From an uncultured Planctomycetaceae bacterium (GTDB taxonomy: Bacteria > Planctomycetota > Phycisphaerae > SM23-33): a stretch of DNA of 64,000 bases. Shown piece by piece: positions 34,597-44,840 of this stretch. The position numbers were made by a program, and so were the translations under genes. The notes beneath the pieces were generated by a model that was not told the DNA's origin, did no database searches, and was given only the letters and a program-made list of their open reading frames with translations. The DNA lies in assembly GCA_964607575.1 (NCBI GenBank), contig CAZSLS010000001.1, positions 45,316 to 109,315 of the forward strand, given 5' to 3'. Position 1 is the stretch's first letter. Every line of letters begins with the position of its first letter.

Positions 34597-36384
34597 TTAT
34601 TCGCCTCCGCTGGTGAACGCTTTCCATTCGGCGTCGAGCGGTTTGATTTCGCCCCGTCCGGCGTGTACCAGTACTCGATACTTCAGCGTCAGTGTTTTGC
34701 CCGCGCCAATCGTGTATGGTTTGTCGAACAGTGGGGCTGACGAGAAGTTGTTCTTCTTGGGTCCCTTCTTTGAAATGTACCATTGTGTGGGGTATCGCAG
34801 GTTGGATGGATGGTCGAATATGGCGATCCCGGCGGGGCGTCCGTCCGGTGTCATCGCGCTGAAATCCGTCCAGCGGGCCTTCTGTCCGTGCGCTGCGGCG
34901 TCCTGCCTGGGTTCGCTGTTGAGTACCTTGAACTCCGTTAGATTCTCCGCCAGGCGGGCTGAAAGCCCCGCGTATCCGCCCCAACTCTTTCCGCCTTTCT
35001 GCCCGGCCGGCGGGGTGCGGTCGAGGACTACGTCTTTGTCGCATGCGGTGAAACTGCATACCCAGTCGATCCGATAGTTTCCCTTCTCGTCCGGCGGACT
35101 TACGGTGATCAGGCGTTTTTCGGTCAGGACGGCCGGTTTCTTCGGCGGATGGTAGCTCAGGGTCATCTCTATCTTGGCGGAGTGGTCGTCGCCGCCCGTG
35201 ACCTTGGCGTTGGTTATTTCGGTGAGTCCCTTGCCCAGTCCGGTCTTGCGATTCTCTTCCCAGTAGTTCACGCGGTTGATGTATTTCCACGAGAACCACA
35301 CCGCACGATGCCACGTGTGATCGGGCGGGCGGAACCACGTGAGCACCGTACCGTCGAGCAAACTCACCGGGTGGAAGCATGGCTTGACGCCCTTACCGCC
35401 GTAGTTGAACTGCCAGACTACCTTGTCTCCGTTGAGAAGCGCCAGCGTGTCGGCGCCCTTTTTCCAGGTGAGTTTATTCTTCTTCGGTTTCGCATCGCTG
35501 GGCGTGGCGTCGGCTTTCAGGTCGCCGAGGGCGAACTGGATACCGTCGAGGTAGTGCTTCAGGACGGCTGGTGTCCAGAATACCGGGTGATCGTGCCCGA
35601 GCGAGCAGTAGAACACGCGTCCCTTCCCGTAGTTGCGGATCCAACTGACCGCGTAGTCGTTATCCTTCCGCCGCATCTTCCTCTTGTGGCCGGGCGTTAC
35701 ACTGGTCTTGTCGAGGTCGAGACTCAGCAGTATCCGCAAGTTTTTGCGCGTATACGGGCCGGTGAACTGGTATATCTCGTCGGTGATCTCGAAGCTCTTG
35801 CCCTTGAACGCCGCGCACAGCGGGTGGTCCGGATCGTCGAGTTTCACCGTCACCTTCTCGTGCCACGGGTGCCCGTCGAATATCCCTCCGAGCATTTTGG
35901 CGCCCTCGGGCCAGTCGAGCAGCCATTTCTTCGAGAAGTTCGTGGTCGCCGCATGCACGCCCACCAGGCCCTTGCCGCTCTTGACGAAATCGATAACGTT
36001 CTGACGGAGTACCGGGTCCTTGAAGAAGTCCATCCTGTTGGAGTTGTTGAAGCATATGGCGTCGAATTGTTTGAGGTTGTCGGCCTTGAAGGCGGCGGGG
36101 TCCTTGGTGTGTACGACCGTGAACGCGCCGGTCTTGAGGCCCATAAGTTCGATCGCCTTGGCGCCGTATGGGATGGCGGTATGCGAGAGCCCCTTACCGC
36201 GGTTGAACACGAGCATCTTTCGCGGGCGGGCGGGTTTTGCGGTTGCAGCCTTGGGGATTGCGGCTTGGATCTTTTTGAGTTCGTCGGGCGAGATCCCCTG
36301 GGCGCGACCGGCCGTCATGGCGATCGCTGTCAGCATTACCGCCCAAATGCTTATGATTCGTGATCTCATCGTGTTCCTTTTCAT
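34597..36384 (-). CDS. Secreted ThuA-domain / PmoA-like (DUF6807-type) fusion protein
   Basis: Signal peptide. ThuA-like N-terminal half (FDAICFNNSN, GLVGVHAATTNF, GGIFDGHPWHEKVTVKLDDPDHPL, EIYQF). C-terminal half FHPVSLLDGTVLTWFRPPDHTWHRAVWFSWKYIN is typical of PmoA-family proteins. Confidence 0.8.
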   Translation of the reverse strand: MKRNTMRSRIISIWAVMLTAIAMTAGRAQGISPDELKKIQAAIPKAATAKPARPRKMLVFNRGKGLSHTAIPYGAKAIELMGLKTGAFTVVHTKDPAAFKADNLKQFDAICFNNSNRMDFFKDPVLRQNVIDFVKSGKGLVGVHAATTNFSKKWLLDWPEGAKMLGGIFDGHPWHEKVTVKLDDPDHPLCAAFKGKSFEITDEIYQFTGPYTRKNLRILLSLDLDKTSVTPGHKRKMRRKDNDYAVSWIRNYGKGRVFYCSLGHDHPVFWTPAVLKHYLDGIQFALGDLKADATPSDAKPKKNKLTWKKGADTLALLNGDKVVWQFNYGGKGVKPCFHPVSLLDGTVLTWFRPPDHTWHRAVWFSWKYINRVNYWEENRKTGLGKGLTEITNAKVTGGDDHSAKIEMTLSYHPPKKPAVLTEKRLITVSPPDEKGNYRIDWVCSFTACDKDVVLDRTPPAGQKGGKSWGGYAGLSARLAENLTEFKVLNSEPRQDAAAHGQKARWTDFSAMTPDGRPAGIAIFDHPSNLRYPTQWYISKKGPKKNNFSSAPLFDKPYTIGAGKTLTLKYRVLVHAGRGEIKPLDAEWKAFTSGGE

Positions 36385-37743
36385 CTACATGTGCCACGGC
36401 TGGCGCATTGCCCGCGACAGCATTCCATTGGCCGTGGAGTCATTTTCAAATCGCTGCAGTTTGGCGTTCCATTTCAGTTTGCGTCCGAGTTGTACTGCTA
36501 TGGCGCTGATCTGGCAGATCGTGTCGACCGCCAGCGCCGAATCGATATTGCTGATGGTCTCTTTTCGCGTTCTGACGCAATCGAGGAAGTTCCTCGCGTG
36601 GTTCGTGCTCTTGTAGAGTCGCGGCGCGTCGGGTGCGAAGGTCGACTTGGGCAGGTCGGCGGGGTTGGCGTTTAACCGGCCGCGATTAACGTGCAGCCAT
36701 CCATCGTCGCCCTCGAAGGCGGTCCCATGCCCGGAAACTCGCCCGTATCTGCCCGCCCATCGCCGCGCCCCGGACGGGCCTGAGAAGTTAACCCGCACGC
36801 CCGTCTCGTATTTGATGGTCAGTTCCCAGTCGGTGGCGGTGTCGCACACGCCCGAGGTGGGGAACTTGCCCGCCCCTTCGATCTCGAACGATCCGCTCAG
36901 TCCTTCGCCTGTGCCCCAGACGGCGATGTCCAGCGGATGTACGCCCCATCCGGATATCCACCCGACACAGTAATCCGAAATGAAAGGCCAGATCTTGAAC
37001 CCGTCACCGCGTTCGAACCGGTTGGTGCAGCGTCCTTTGGTGTGCGGCGAGATCGGCGCGGGCCCGACCCACATCTCGTAGTCCAGCCACTCCGGCGGAT
37101 CCGTAAGCTCCGTCGAACCGCCCGAATTGCTGCCCGGGGACCAGACGTTAATTTCGCGCAGCGGTCCGATTCTCCCGTTTCTCACCAACTCGCAGGCCAG
37201 GCGGAACCTCGCATCCGATCGCTGCTGCGTACCGAACTGGAAAACGCTCTGGTATCGCCTGAGCGCCTCGCGGAGCGCCCACGCCTCAGCCATGCTCACG
37301 CCGATAGGTTTTTCGAGGTAGATATCCTTGCCCGCTCTGGCGGCGGCGAGAGCGATCATCACGTGCCAGTGGTCAGGGGGCGCGATGAGCACCGTGTCGA
37401 TATCGTCGCGCCCCAGCAACTCGCGGAAGTCCTTGAACGTTCTGCATGACTTGGTCCTGTTGGCTCCGTTAACCTTCCGTTTGGCGATCGCAAGCTGATG
37501 TGCATTAACGTCGCAGACGGCGGTGACGCGGCATGCTTCCTGCCCCAGAAATCCGCCCATTACAGATCTGCCCCGGTTGCCCACCCCGATGCATCCGAGC
37601 GTGATCCGGTCGCTCGGTGGTGTCCTGCCGGCCCGCGCAATCACCGACGGCGAGACGATATACGGTAGGGTGATGGCGCCGGCGACCGAGGCTTTGATTA
37701 ACTGGCGGCGGTTTAATGTTCTCAGCGGCACCATTGTTCCCAA
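36385..37743 (-). CDS. Tat-signal Gfo/Idh/MocA family oxidoreductase
   Basis: LNRRQLIKASVAG twin-arginine motif. LGCIGVGNRG Rossmann start. EKP motif (YLEKPIG). Its stop abuts the next gene's start with no gap. Confidence 0.85.
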   Translation of the reverse strand: MGTMVPLRTLNRRQLIKASVAGAITLPYIVSPSVIARAGRTPPSDRITLGCIGVGNRGRSVMGGFLGQEACRVTAVCDVNAHQLAIAKRKVNGANRTKSCRTFKDFRELLGRDDIDTVLIAPPDHWHVMIALAAARAGKDIYLEKPIGVSMAEAWALREALRRYQSVFQFGTQQRSDARFRLACELVRNGRIGPLREINVWSPGSNSGGSTELTDPPEWLDYEMWVGPAPISPHTKGRCTNRFERGDGFKIWPFISDYCVGWISGWGVHPLDIAVWGTGEGLSGSFEIEGAGKFPTSGVCDTATDWELTIKYETGVRVNFSGPSGARRWAGRYGRVSGHGTAFEGDDGWLHVNRGRLNANPADLPKSTFAPDAPRLYKSTNHARNFLDCVRTRKETISNIDSALAVDTICQISAIAVQLGRKLKWNAKLQRFENDSTANGMLSRAMRQPWHM

Positions 37744-37852
37744 TCATAGTCGATGGGGCGACCATTTCAAGATTAGTTGCATTCGTGCGACGCCATCGGG
37801 AACTTACCGTTGGTGGAGGCGTCTAAAGCGGTGCAGGAGACAGGAGTAGCAA

Positions 37853-39295
37853 ATGACCGGATCAATGAAGCGAAGCGTTATTGTCGTGGCCGTGCTGGGG
37901 GCGATGTGTTCACAGGCCGCGGCTTCGCAGGTGCATCTCCAGGCGATGGCCGAATCGGCGGGCAATATCCAAACCGCCCTCACGATCAAGGTCCTGGAGG
38001 TCAAACACACCCGGGTTCACATGAAGCTCAAGAGCGGCGCCGAGGGGCCGATTACGTCCATACATGCCGACTACAAGTGCCAGGTCGCCGGGACGGTCAT
38101 TGGCCGGTGGCCGGCCGATACCAAAACGGTCAACATCAGGTTCACCAGTGTGGTCCCCATCAAGTACGATGAAAACGGCAAGGTGGCCATGCGTTTCTCA
38201 TTCATGCGTCCGGGCTCCGGCATGGAGCCGGACCTCAAGAAGGGCAAAGTGTACCTGGCGTGTTTTGCGTATCATCTCGACGCGTCCAAACCGCTCCAGC
38301 ACCTTTACGCCGCCTATCGCCCCGAAAACTCAGCGGCGTTGCTGGCTGCCATTGGCGACGCGAAATCGTTTGCGAAGTTCAGCAAGGCCCTCAAGGCCCG
38401 CCTGCCGGACGGTTGGAAGATATCGAGCACCATATATGGCAAGTTCCGCCCGCTGGGGGGCGTGGGCGGATCGGGTATCTACATCTATATTTACGACCAC
38501 AAAGCGCCGGTCGTCGCCGGCAAGCGCGCCCCTTGGACCGATATGCACATCTGGATACGGGACCGTGATTTCAAAGCTGCGACACCCAAAGCGACGAGGC
38601 CTACGGCAAGGCTGATTGGCGCCTGGCGAGGGCGAAGGGTGCTGATCATGGGAGGGCCGAATCGCTGGCCGTCCAATCGGCAGGACATCGCCGCGGCGTT
38701 CAAGTCATCCGGATATCCATTGCGTCCGCCGCTCATCGAACCGGACTACAAACTCGCCGAGAAAATCACCGCCGACCTGTCGCGCATCGGAGACCACCGC
38801 AAACGCTCCGAGTACACCGCGGGACTGCTGAAAGACCGCAAGAAGGCTTTGCCCGCCCTGGTGGCGATTCTGGAACGGGGCGAGGCGTCCGTTCATAAAG
38901 ACTCTTCAATGCTCCTGTGGGAATATGCCGCCCTTCAACTGAACTCGTTCGACGATCCGCGGATCACCTCGCACCTGATCGCCCGCCTTGCCAGGAGCGG
39001 GGACCGCTGCAATTCACATCTGTTTGTTCGGAGCCTGGCGAAATTCAAAGTCAAGGCGGCCGTACCGTATCTCATCCGCTGGCTGAGGCGGGATGGATCG
39101 TGGGAGATAAAGTATGACATGTTCGGCGAGGAGGCCAGCTATCAACTATCCGCACTGGACCGGATCGCCGGAACCCGATTCGGTCCGCCCGACCAGATCG
39201 ATAAGAGGGAGTTCGAGTTCTACCAGGGCATGAAACGAAACAAGGTAATGCCCGCAGTCGAGAAATGGTGGAAAGGCGGGAAGAAGGACAAATAA
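37853..39295 (+). CDS. Secreted hypothetical protein with HEAT/ARM-like C-terminal repeats
   Basis: Signal peptide (VIVVAVLGAMCSQAAAS). No catalytic motif recognised. Confidence 0.6.
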   Translation: MTGSMKRSVIVVAVLGAMCSQAAASQVHLQAMAESAGNIQTALTIKVLEVKHTRVHMKLKSGAEGPITSIHADYKCQVAGTVIGRWPADTKTVNIRFTSVVPIKYDENGKVAMRFSFMRPGSGMEPDLKKGKVYLACFAYHLDASKPLQHLYAAYRPENSAALLAAIGDAKSFAKFSKALKARLPDGWKISSTIYGKFRPLGGVGGSGIYIYIYDHKAPVVAGKRAPWTDMHIWIRDRDFKAATPKATRPTARLIGAWRGRRVLIMGGPNRWPSNRQDIAAAFKSSGYPLRPPLIEPDYKLAEKITADLSRIGDHRKRSEYTAGLLKDRKKALPALVAILERGEASVHKDSSMLLWEYAALQLNSFDDPRITSHLIARLARSGDRCNSHLFVRSLAKFKVKAAVPYLIRWLRRDGSWEIKYDMFGEEASYQLSALDRIAGTRFGPPDQIDKREFEFYQGMKRNKVMPAVEKWWKGGKKDK

Positions 39296-39311
39296 TCGCA
39301 CCGCCCGCGGT

Positions 39312-40187
39312 TTACTTCTGAAATATTCCGGTTATTTCGAACGGTATTTTTCGGATTTTGGAATCCGTGACGATCGTGATGAGCAGGTCGGTCGGTTCGC
39401 CTTTGCCTGAGAGTGTGAAGGCGGCGGTGACCTTTCCCTTCTGGCCCAGCGGGTCGCCATCTTTGATCCTGGCCTGCCCGATGGTTTTTCCATCAGCGTC
39501 CAATGCGCGGATTGCCTCGATGAACGGTCCCTTAGGCCCGGCGAATCTTCGCAGGCAGCTCAGTTCAAGCGTTAATTCCCGCTTACCGCTTATCCGCATC
39601 GACGAGACTCGCGCCTTCAGTCCGTCCGTGAGTTCCCGGAGCGTCTGGGAGACCGCCGCGGGCATCGATTTGTCGATGCGGTCTACGGCGACGAGTATCA
39701 CCAGTTCGGTCTCCAGTTTGTCGATCGTGTAGGGATTGGCCCTCAACGCCAGTTTGCTTACCTCCACCTCGGCGACGTGCAGATTCTTGGCCAGACGCAG
39801 TATGGGGATAAACGTACCGCTTCGGTACTTCGAGGCGGACCTGCCCGATTTCTTGACCTTGCGAGGGAGGCGTATGTCCCTACCGGTGACGGTCAGGGCC
39901 TTGAGCACCCTTATCTGCTCGGTTATCAGTACCCCGTCGACGTCTTCGGGCATCTTGCAGGATGCCTCGATATCGAGGCTGTAGGTGGAGGGACCCTTGG
40001 CGTCCTTTCCGAGGTTTATGGTACACTGGGAGTCAAGGCGAGTGAGTTTCAGCTTGTAGCCCCACTTCTCGAATATAACTCCACGCGCGGAGACTGCCTT
40101 CATTACTGATTTGTCGTCGGCCAGTAAGAAGGTGGTAATGATCGCCGCGGTCACAACAGCGAACACCGGAATCCATTTCCTAGTCAT
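39312..40187 (-). CDS. Hypothetical exported/anchored protein
   Basis: N-terminal hydrophobic segment WIPVFAVVTAAIITTFLLA. No motif recognised. Confidence 0.6.
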   Translation of the reverse strand: MTRKWIPVFAVVTAAIITTFLLADDKSVMKAVSARGVIFEKWGYKLKLTRLDSQCTINLGKDAKGPSTYSLDIEASCKMPEDVDGVLITEQIRVLKALTVTGRDIRLPRKVKKSGRSASKYRSGTFIPILRLAKNLHVAEVEVSKLALRANPYTIDKLETELVILVAVDRIDKSMPAAVSQTLRELTDGLKARVSSMRISGKRELTLELSCLRRFAGPKGPFIEAIRALDADGKTIGQARIKDGDPLGQKGKVTAAFTLSGKGEPTDLLITIVTDSKIRKIPFEITGIFQK

Positions 40188-40204
40188 CTTGCAACCTCCC
40201 CGAC

Positions 40205-40243
40205 GGGTTATCGCCGTCGGTTATCGCCGTCGGTTATCGCGGT
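40205..40243. repeat. 13-bp tandem direct repeat x3
   Basis: gggttatcgccgt / cggttatcgccgt / cggttatcgcggt, between the ymdB-like stop and the start of the 39312-40187 gene. Confidence 0.85.
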
Positions 40244-40255
40244 CAGGGCAGACCG

Positions 40256-41071
40256 CTACTGGTTTTCGGAATCGTCGTGGCGGTCCTGGCGGACTTCGAT
40301 GCGGCGTATTGAGTCGGCCCGTCCGGTATCCGGATCGACGGACACCAATACACCGGATATTCTCGCATCTTCTGAGGCGACTTCAAAGCGAACCGGCATG
40401 GATGTGGTAAGTGCCGACAGCACGCGGTCCTTTCGCCTGCCAAGAACGCTGTCGTACGGACCGGTCATGCCCAGGTCGCTGACGTGGGCGGTTCCCATGG
40501 GCAGGACGCGGTAGTCGGCGGTCGGAATGTGGGTGTGCGTACCGAAGACGATGCTCGCGCGTCCGTCGAGATACCACCCCATGGCGATCTTCTCGCTGGA
40601 TGCTTCGGCGTGGAAGTCTACCACGCGGATCTTCACGTCGGCGGGCATTTCCGCCAGGGCGCGGTCGGCGGCGTCCCACGGCGAGTCGTTGGCGCCCATG
40701 TACATCTGTCCGAGGAAGCACGCGACGCCCACCTGAACTTTACCGGACTTGGTCGGTACGATGGTCCACGTCTTGCCCACCGCCCTGGGCGACAGATTTG
40801 CCGGTCGCACGATCCTGTCCGATGTCCGCAGCGTGCTGAGGATATCGTTCTTGCGGAACACGTGGTCGCCCATCGTCATGACGTCCACGCCGTAGTTACG
40901 CAGCTTACCGAAGATCTGAGGCGTAAGCCCGCTTCCTCCAGCGGCGTTCTCGGCGTTGCACACCACCAGTTCGATGTTGTGCTCAACGATCAAATTGCCC
41001 AGATGGTCAGCCAGCACGGATCTTCCCGGCTTTCCGACTACATCTCCGATACAGAGTATATTGATTGACAT
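40256..41071 (-). CDS. YmdB-like (TIGR00282) metallophosphoesterase
   Basis: ILCIGDVVGKPGR, NAENAAGGSG, GDH, DFHAEASSEK and GTHTHIPTAD blocks. Confidence 0.85.
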   Translation of the reverse strand: MSINILCIGDVVGKPGRSVLADHLGNLIVEHNIELVVCNAENAAGGSGLTPQIFGKLRNYGVDVMTMGDHVFRKNDILSTLRTSDRIVRPANLSPRAVGKTWTIVPTKSGKVQVGVACFLGQMYMGANDSPWDAADRALAEMPADVKIRVVDFHAEASSEKIAMGWYLDGRASIVFGTHTHIPTADYRVLPMGTAHVSDLGMTGPYDSVLGRRKDRVLSALTTSMPVRFEVASEDARISGVLVSVDPDTGRADSIRRIEVRQDRHDDSENQ

Positions 41072-41284
41072 TCAGTGTCCACTTCCAGCCCCCGCGCCGC
41101 GGTATTATAAGGTATGAGACCGGCGGCGTGGAAGATAAAAGATAAACTGCTCCCGCGACGGGCGGAATGAAGCTGCGCCATTGCATTGGTATGGTGGACA
41201 TTGGTACTATACGAGCATACCGCCGTAGCGTCTCTGTGGCGGCAGGAAAATAAATGGTGGTCGCAGACCACGGAGTCAGAAAAG

Positions 41285-41593
41285 ATGATCCAGTGCAGCG
41301 AATGTGAATTTTTTCAACGTAGTGAGAGCGGGGAGATATCCTTCCAGTGCGATCCATTTGGCACTATCAAGGAACCCCAGTGCCTCCAGAAATGGCAGTT
41401 GATAAAGATCAACCAGATGGTTTCCGGATACCAGGCAACGCTGAATTACTACCAGAAACTCGCTCCCATGCAGGAGAAGATGTTCAGCTACATGGAGCAG
41501 GAGATGGACGGTATGAACGAAGCCGACAAGTGGAAGATCAACGACGATGATGAAGACGATGACGATTGGGGCACCGGCGGCGAACCGCTTTGA
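41285..41593 (+). CDS. Small Cys-containing protein with poly-acidic tail (hypothetical)
   Basis: MIQCSECEFF...FQCDPFGTIKEPQC (CxxC...C...C), ending DDDEDDDDWGTGGEPL. The listed ORF start at 41186 is probably too far upstream. Confidence 0.55.
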   Translation: MIQCSECEFFQRSESGEISFQCDPFGTIKEPQCLQKWQLIKINQMVSGYQATLNYYQKLAPMQEKMFSYMEQEMDGMNEADKWKINDDDEDDDDWGTGGEPL

Positions 41594-41608
41594 TCTGAGA
41601 TATCCGGG

Positions 41609-43333
41609 CTATATTTCTTTTGGGGGTTCTTGGCGGGATTGCTGCGAGTCGTCGGGGTTCGCCAAACGTCCCTTTTCGACTACTACGGTCCTGGCCATGA
41701 TATCTCCCAGGCGTTGGTGCGTTCGCATTAACAGCGGTATGGCCAGGGTGAATATGATAATCGGCCAACTCAGTTCGATCGGTCTGATGAGGTTCCGCAG
41801 TATCGCCTGACGGACTGTCGGTTTCCTACCGTCGGCGGAGGTCACCTCGAGTTGCATCGCCATTTTGCCCAGAGTGGCGCCGAATTTGCTCTCCATTATC
41901 GAACCGTATACGACCCACGCCACGAGGGAGCCCAGCACGCACAGGACCGGTTCGAGCGGAATATTCTGCTGCTGGTTCATGAGGGCCTGGACATCTTCTG
42001 TAGTCATATCCGGGCGAAGTACAACCAGCGCCATGGATGCGAGGAGCAGGAAAGGTATATAGTCGATAATCACGGCGAGAATGCGTTTTGGAATCGCCCC
42101 CGGGACGAACTGCGCCGGTAGGATCAGGGGTCCGGCGGGCCTTCTTCGCCGACCGAGCAGGATGAACACCAGCAGCAGGACCGGTATCGCAATGAAGAAC
42201 CAATTGAGTATTTCCCTAGTGTCGAACGCAGGAGCGCTCTTGAGCAGTTCTTCGACTTCCTTGTTCTCCACTACCTCGCCGTTGAGATCGACCAGGGCAA
42301 ATTGGTAATCTTCGGCCTCTCGCCAGAGAAGTGCGAGTTTGCTTTCGGAGGTCTTTCCGAGAGAGCATGCCAGCGGTATCGAGTTACCGGGCAGGGCGAG
42401 CGGTTTGCCCTGGTATTCGATGCTCTGGGAATCCCCTGCGATCTTGTCGCCCCGCAGTCCGTGAATAGTCAGCTTGACGTGGGCTGTCTTGGGCGGTCTA
42501 CCGCTGCGGGGTGGCGTGGTTGTCCGGCCTATTGTGATCAGTACGGGCTGGTTCTGCAGCACGCTGACGGCCAGGGGCTGCTGGGGCACGTTCGCAAGGG
42601 CGACATCTTTCCATGTGGGTTTCCTGTCCGTTGCATCCCATGCCAGAAGGCGGGCGCCGTTGTCTTCGGCGACCACCAGAACGTACACCCAGTTGCCCGC
42701 GACGGTGGCCGAAATGCGGGCTCCGACTGCTCCGGGGATATTGTCGACCTTGCTCAGGGACTCCCACTGTTCCCCGACGGTTTGCAATATGGTCAGTCCG
42801 GACCTCTTGTATGCAGGCTGGCTGGCGGTAGTTGGTGTGGAGAGTCTGTCCCTGTCGAAGGGAACCACGGCGATGAAGCCCGAAGATGTCGACTTGCCAA
42901 GCGGGGGCGCCGGGCAGATCGCGGCGGGCGGAGGAGTTCTCTTGGGCCATGGGGCGCCGGGCCCCGTACCGCGAAGGAGCATATTGTCATCGTCGGAAAG
43001 CGAGAACACGTGAGTGTTCGGATCTGACCCGCCTGTGACAACAAGCAGGCGTCGGTCCTGGTACGCTGCTACCGCGGCGGGACTACCGGAGAATCGCGAC
43101 AGTGTCCGCCACTTGCCGCCCGGACGCCGGATGAGCAGGTCGAACTTATCGGTCTCCGTATCCCTCCCGCCGCGGACGATCCACAAAACGTCCTGCCCGC
43201 CGGCCAGAAGAATCTGCCCTGTTTCCCCGGAAGAGGGCATCTCAGAGCCCCGTGCCTGGTCTCCGGTCGCCATGGCTGCGAGAATCGCCACCGCAACGGC
43301 AGCAGCGAATCTCCGGTATGCGTGTGAGGGCAT
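41609..43333 (-). CDS. RDD-family membrane protein with large N-terminal periplasmic domain
   Basis: Signal peptide. C-terminal RDD-like region (RILAVIIDYIPFLLL ... GDIMARTVVV) with 3-4 TMs. The ATG at 43333 overlaps the upstream stop (TGATG). Confidence 0.7.
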   Translation of the reverse strand: MPSHAYRRFAAAVAVAILAAMATGDQARGSEMPSSGETGQILLAGGQDVLWIVRGGRDTETDKFDLLIRRPGGKWRTLSRFSGSPAAVAAYQDRRLLVVTGGSDPNTHVFSLSDDDNMLLRGTGPGAPWPKRTPPPAAICPAPPLGKSTSSGFIAVVPFDRDRLSTPTTASQPAYKRSGLTILQTVGEQWESLSKVDNIPGAVGARISATVAGNWVYVLVVAEDNGARLLAWDATDRKPTWKDVALANVPQQPLAVSVLQNQPVLITIGRTTTPPRSGRPPKTAHVKLTIHGLRGDKIAGDSQSIEYQGKPLALPGNSIPLACSLGKTSESKLALLWREAEDYQFALVDLNGEVVENKEVEELLKSAPAFDTREILNWFFIAIPVLLLVFILLGRRRRPAGPLILPAQFVPGAIPKRILAVIIDYIPFLLLASMALVVLRPDMTTEDVQALMNQQQNIPLEPVLCVLGSLVAWVVYGSIMESKFGATLGKMAMQLEVTSADGRKPTVRQAILRNLIRPIELSWPIIIFTLAIPLLMRTHQRLGDIMARTVVVEKGRLANPDDSQQSRQEPPKEI

Positions 43334-44298
43334 CACTTGTCGTTACCTTCCTTCTTCCGCGGGATATCCTTGTCGACCTGAATGACTTTGTCGGGTGGGA
43401 TGTCTCCGGGCATGTTCTTGAAGAACTCGCAGATCGCGACGTCCCATATCTCTTCGGTGGTCATCTGCGAAAGTCGCAGGCGGACCGATGCGGTCTTCCG
43501 CTGGCGGTTGTTGAACCACGTGATCCTGATATCGGTCGGCATGATCGGCGGTGTCTTCGGCGGGTTTTCCATCTCGGAGATGTCGACGGGTTTGTAATCG
43601 CTGACCGACGCGGACATTATTTTCCGTCCGCGGGCGTCGAAGAAGTTGATCTCCTCGAGGCGTCGCGGTTTCTTGTCGCCCCATACGAAACGGAATTGCC
43701 TCCGCATGACGAATCTGTTGCTGACCGGTTGGCGGGTGAGGTAACCGAGTACGTATGCGTATCGCTCGGGCGTGGTGTCCATCTTCAGCGTCACTGCCGG
43801 CGTTACGCTCTGGTCGGCGGGGAGTTGGCAGATACCCAGAACGGCTTGAAGGCCGGTTGGGTCTATCGGCAGGTGCTTGATGCCCGGGGCGCCGGCCAGA
43901 TGCATCCGCCCCCACATCGCCTTGGCTTTCGGCATGAGGGTCCACATGTAATAGACGTTGTCCTTGCGGCTCGTACCGACCCGGAGAACCTGCTTGCTGA
44001 CTTCGCGTCCTATGAGGACCATGTCGTGCGTCCCCAGCGGGTCGGGTCCTTTCTTCATTCGCAGCAATCCGTTGGGCGAGGTCCACAGGGGCAAGCCCAT
44101 ACCGGTTATCTCGCTATAGGCGGTAAACTCGATATCCGCGTAAGCAGCCAGCATCGGAACGGCCGCCGCGTTGGCGTTGTATTCGGCGACCAGCGTGTCC
44201 AGGGAGACTTGCGTTTTGGGCAGGGGGGGGGTGCAACCGGTCGCGGCGATGACAAACAGCGAAAGCAGCGCTGGGAGCGTTTGTTGCAATGCGGTCAT
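43333..44298 (-). CDS. Lipoprotein, LolA/LolB-fold-like (DUF4292-like)
   Basis: Lipobox LFVIAATGC. The pattern VLIGREVSKQVLRVGTSRKDNVYYMW resembles LolB/DUF4292-type lipoproteins (weak). Confidence 0.6.
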   Translation of the reverse strand: MTALQQTLPALLSLFVIAATGCTPPLPKTQVSLDTLVAEYNANAAAVPMLAAYADIEFTAYSEITGMGLPLWTSPNGLLRMKKGPDPLGTHDMVLIGREVSKQVLRVGTSRKDNVYYMWTLMPKAKAMWGRMHLAGAPGIKHLPIDPTGLQAVLGICQLPADQSVTPAVTLKMDTTPERYAYVLGYLTRQPVSNRFVMRRQFRFVWGDKKPRRLEEINFFDARGRKIMSASVSDYKPVDISEMENPPKTPPIMPTDIRITWFNNRQRKTASVRLRLSQMTTEEIWDVAICEFFKNMPGDIPPDKVIQVDKDIPRKKEGNDK

Positions 44299-44810
44299 CA
44301 GAAGTCACCTTCCATTATTTCGCCGAGGCTGTCGCTGACTTCGGCGATCTGGTCTTCGGTGAGTTTCGGGTCGATCACCGTGTGTTCCTCGGGCGGGTCG
44401 CTTGCCTTGAAGTGCATCGACCAGACTTCCTGTCCTTCGTCGTCGGTGGTCATGCGGTCGTATATCAGCAGCTTCTTTCGCATCAGCACCAGCGCCAGTA
44501 CGTAGCGGAAGTTGATCTTGGCCGGATCCTGGGTTTCGCTGAGGCGCTCGAAGAGATTCACCATTAACTCATCGCTGACGAGGAGTCTTTTCTTCTCCTC
44601 GGGATGAGGCACGACCGTTCGCCACTTGCAGAGTACCGCGGCGCTGGTTGCTTCGTCCAGCGACTCGCTGCATGCGTCGCAGTAATCGTCGCGAATAAGT
44701 TCGTCGGGCCCCTCGGAAACCGTGGCGGTGAACTCCGTGCCCGGTGCGAGTTGCTCGTTGCATTTTGAGCACTGCCCGCTTGTCTTGCGAATGTTGTAGT
44801 CTTTAGCCAT
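44298..44810 (-). CDS. Zinc-ribbon-containing conserved hypothetical protein
   Basis: CSKCNEQL ... CDAC pairs. Conserved-looking core INFRYVLALVLMRKKLLIY. 1-nt overlap with the downstream lipoprotein gene. Confidence 0.6.
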   Translation of the reverse strand: MAKDYNIRKTSGQCSKCNEQLAPGTEFTATVSEGPDELIRDDYCDACSESLDEATSAAVLCKWRTVVPHPEEKKRLLVSDELMVNLFERLSETQDPAKINFRYVLALVLMRKKLLIYDRMTTDDEGQEVWSMHFKASDPPEEHTVIDPKLTEDQIAEVSDSLGEIMEGDF

Positions 44811-44840
44811 TTTGCGATGATTCGTCGGGGCTCGAGCCCT

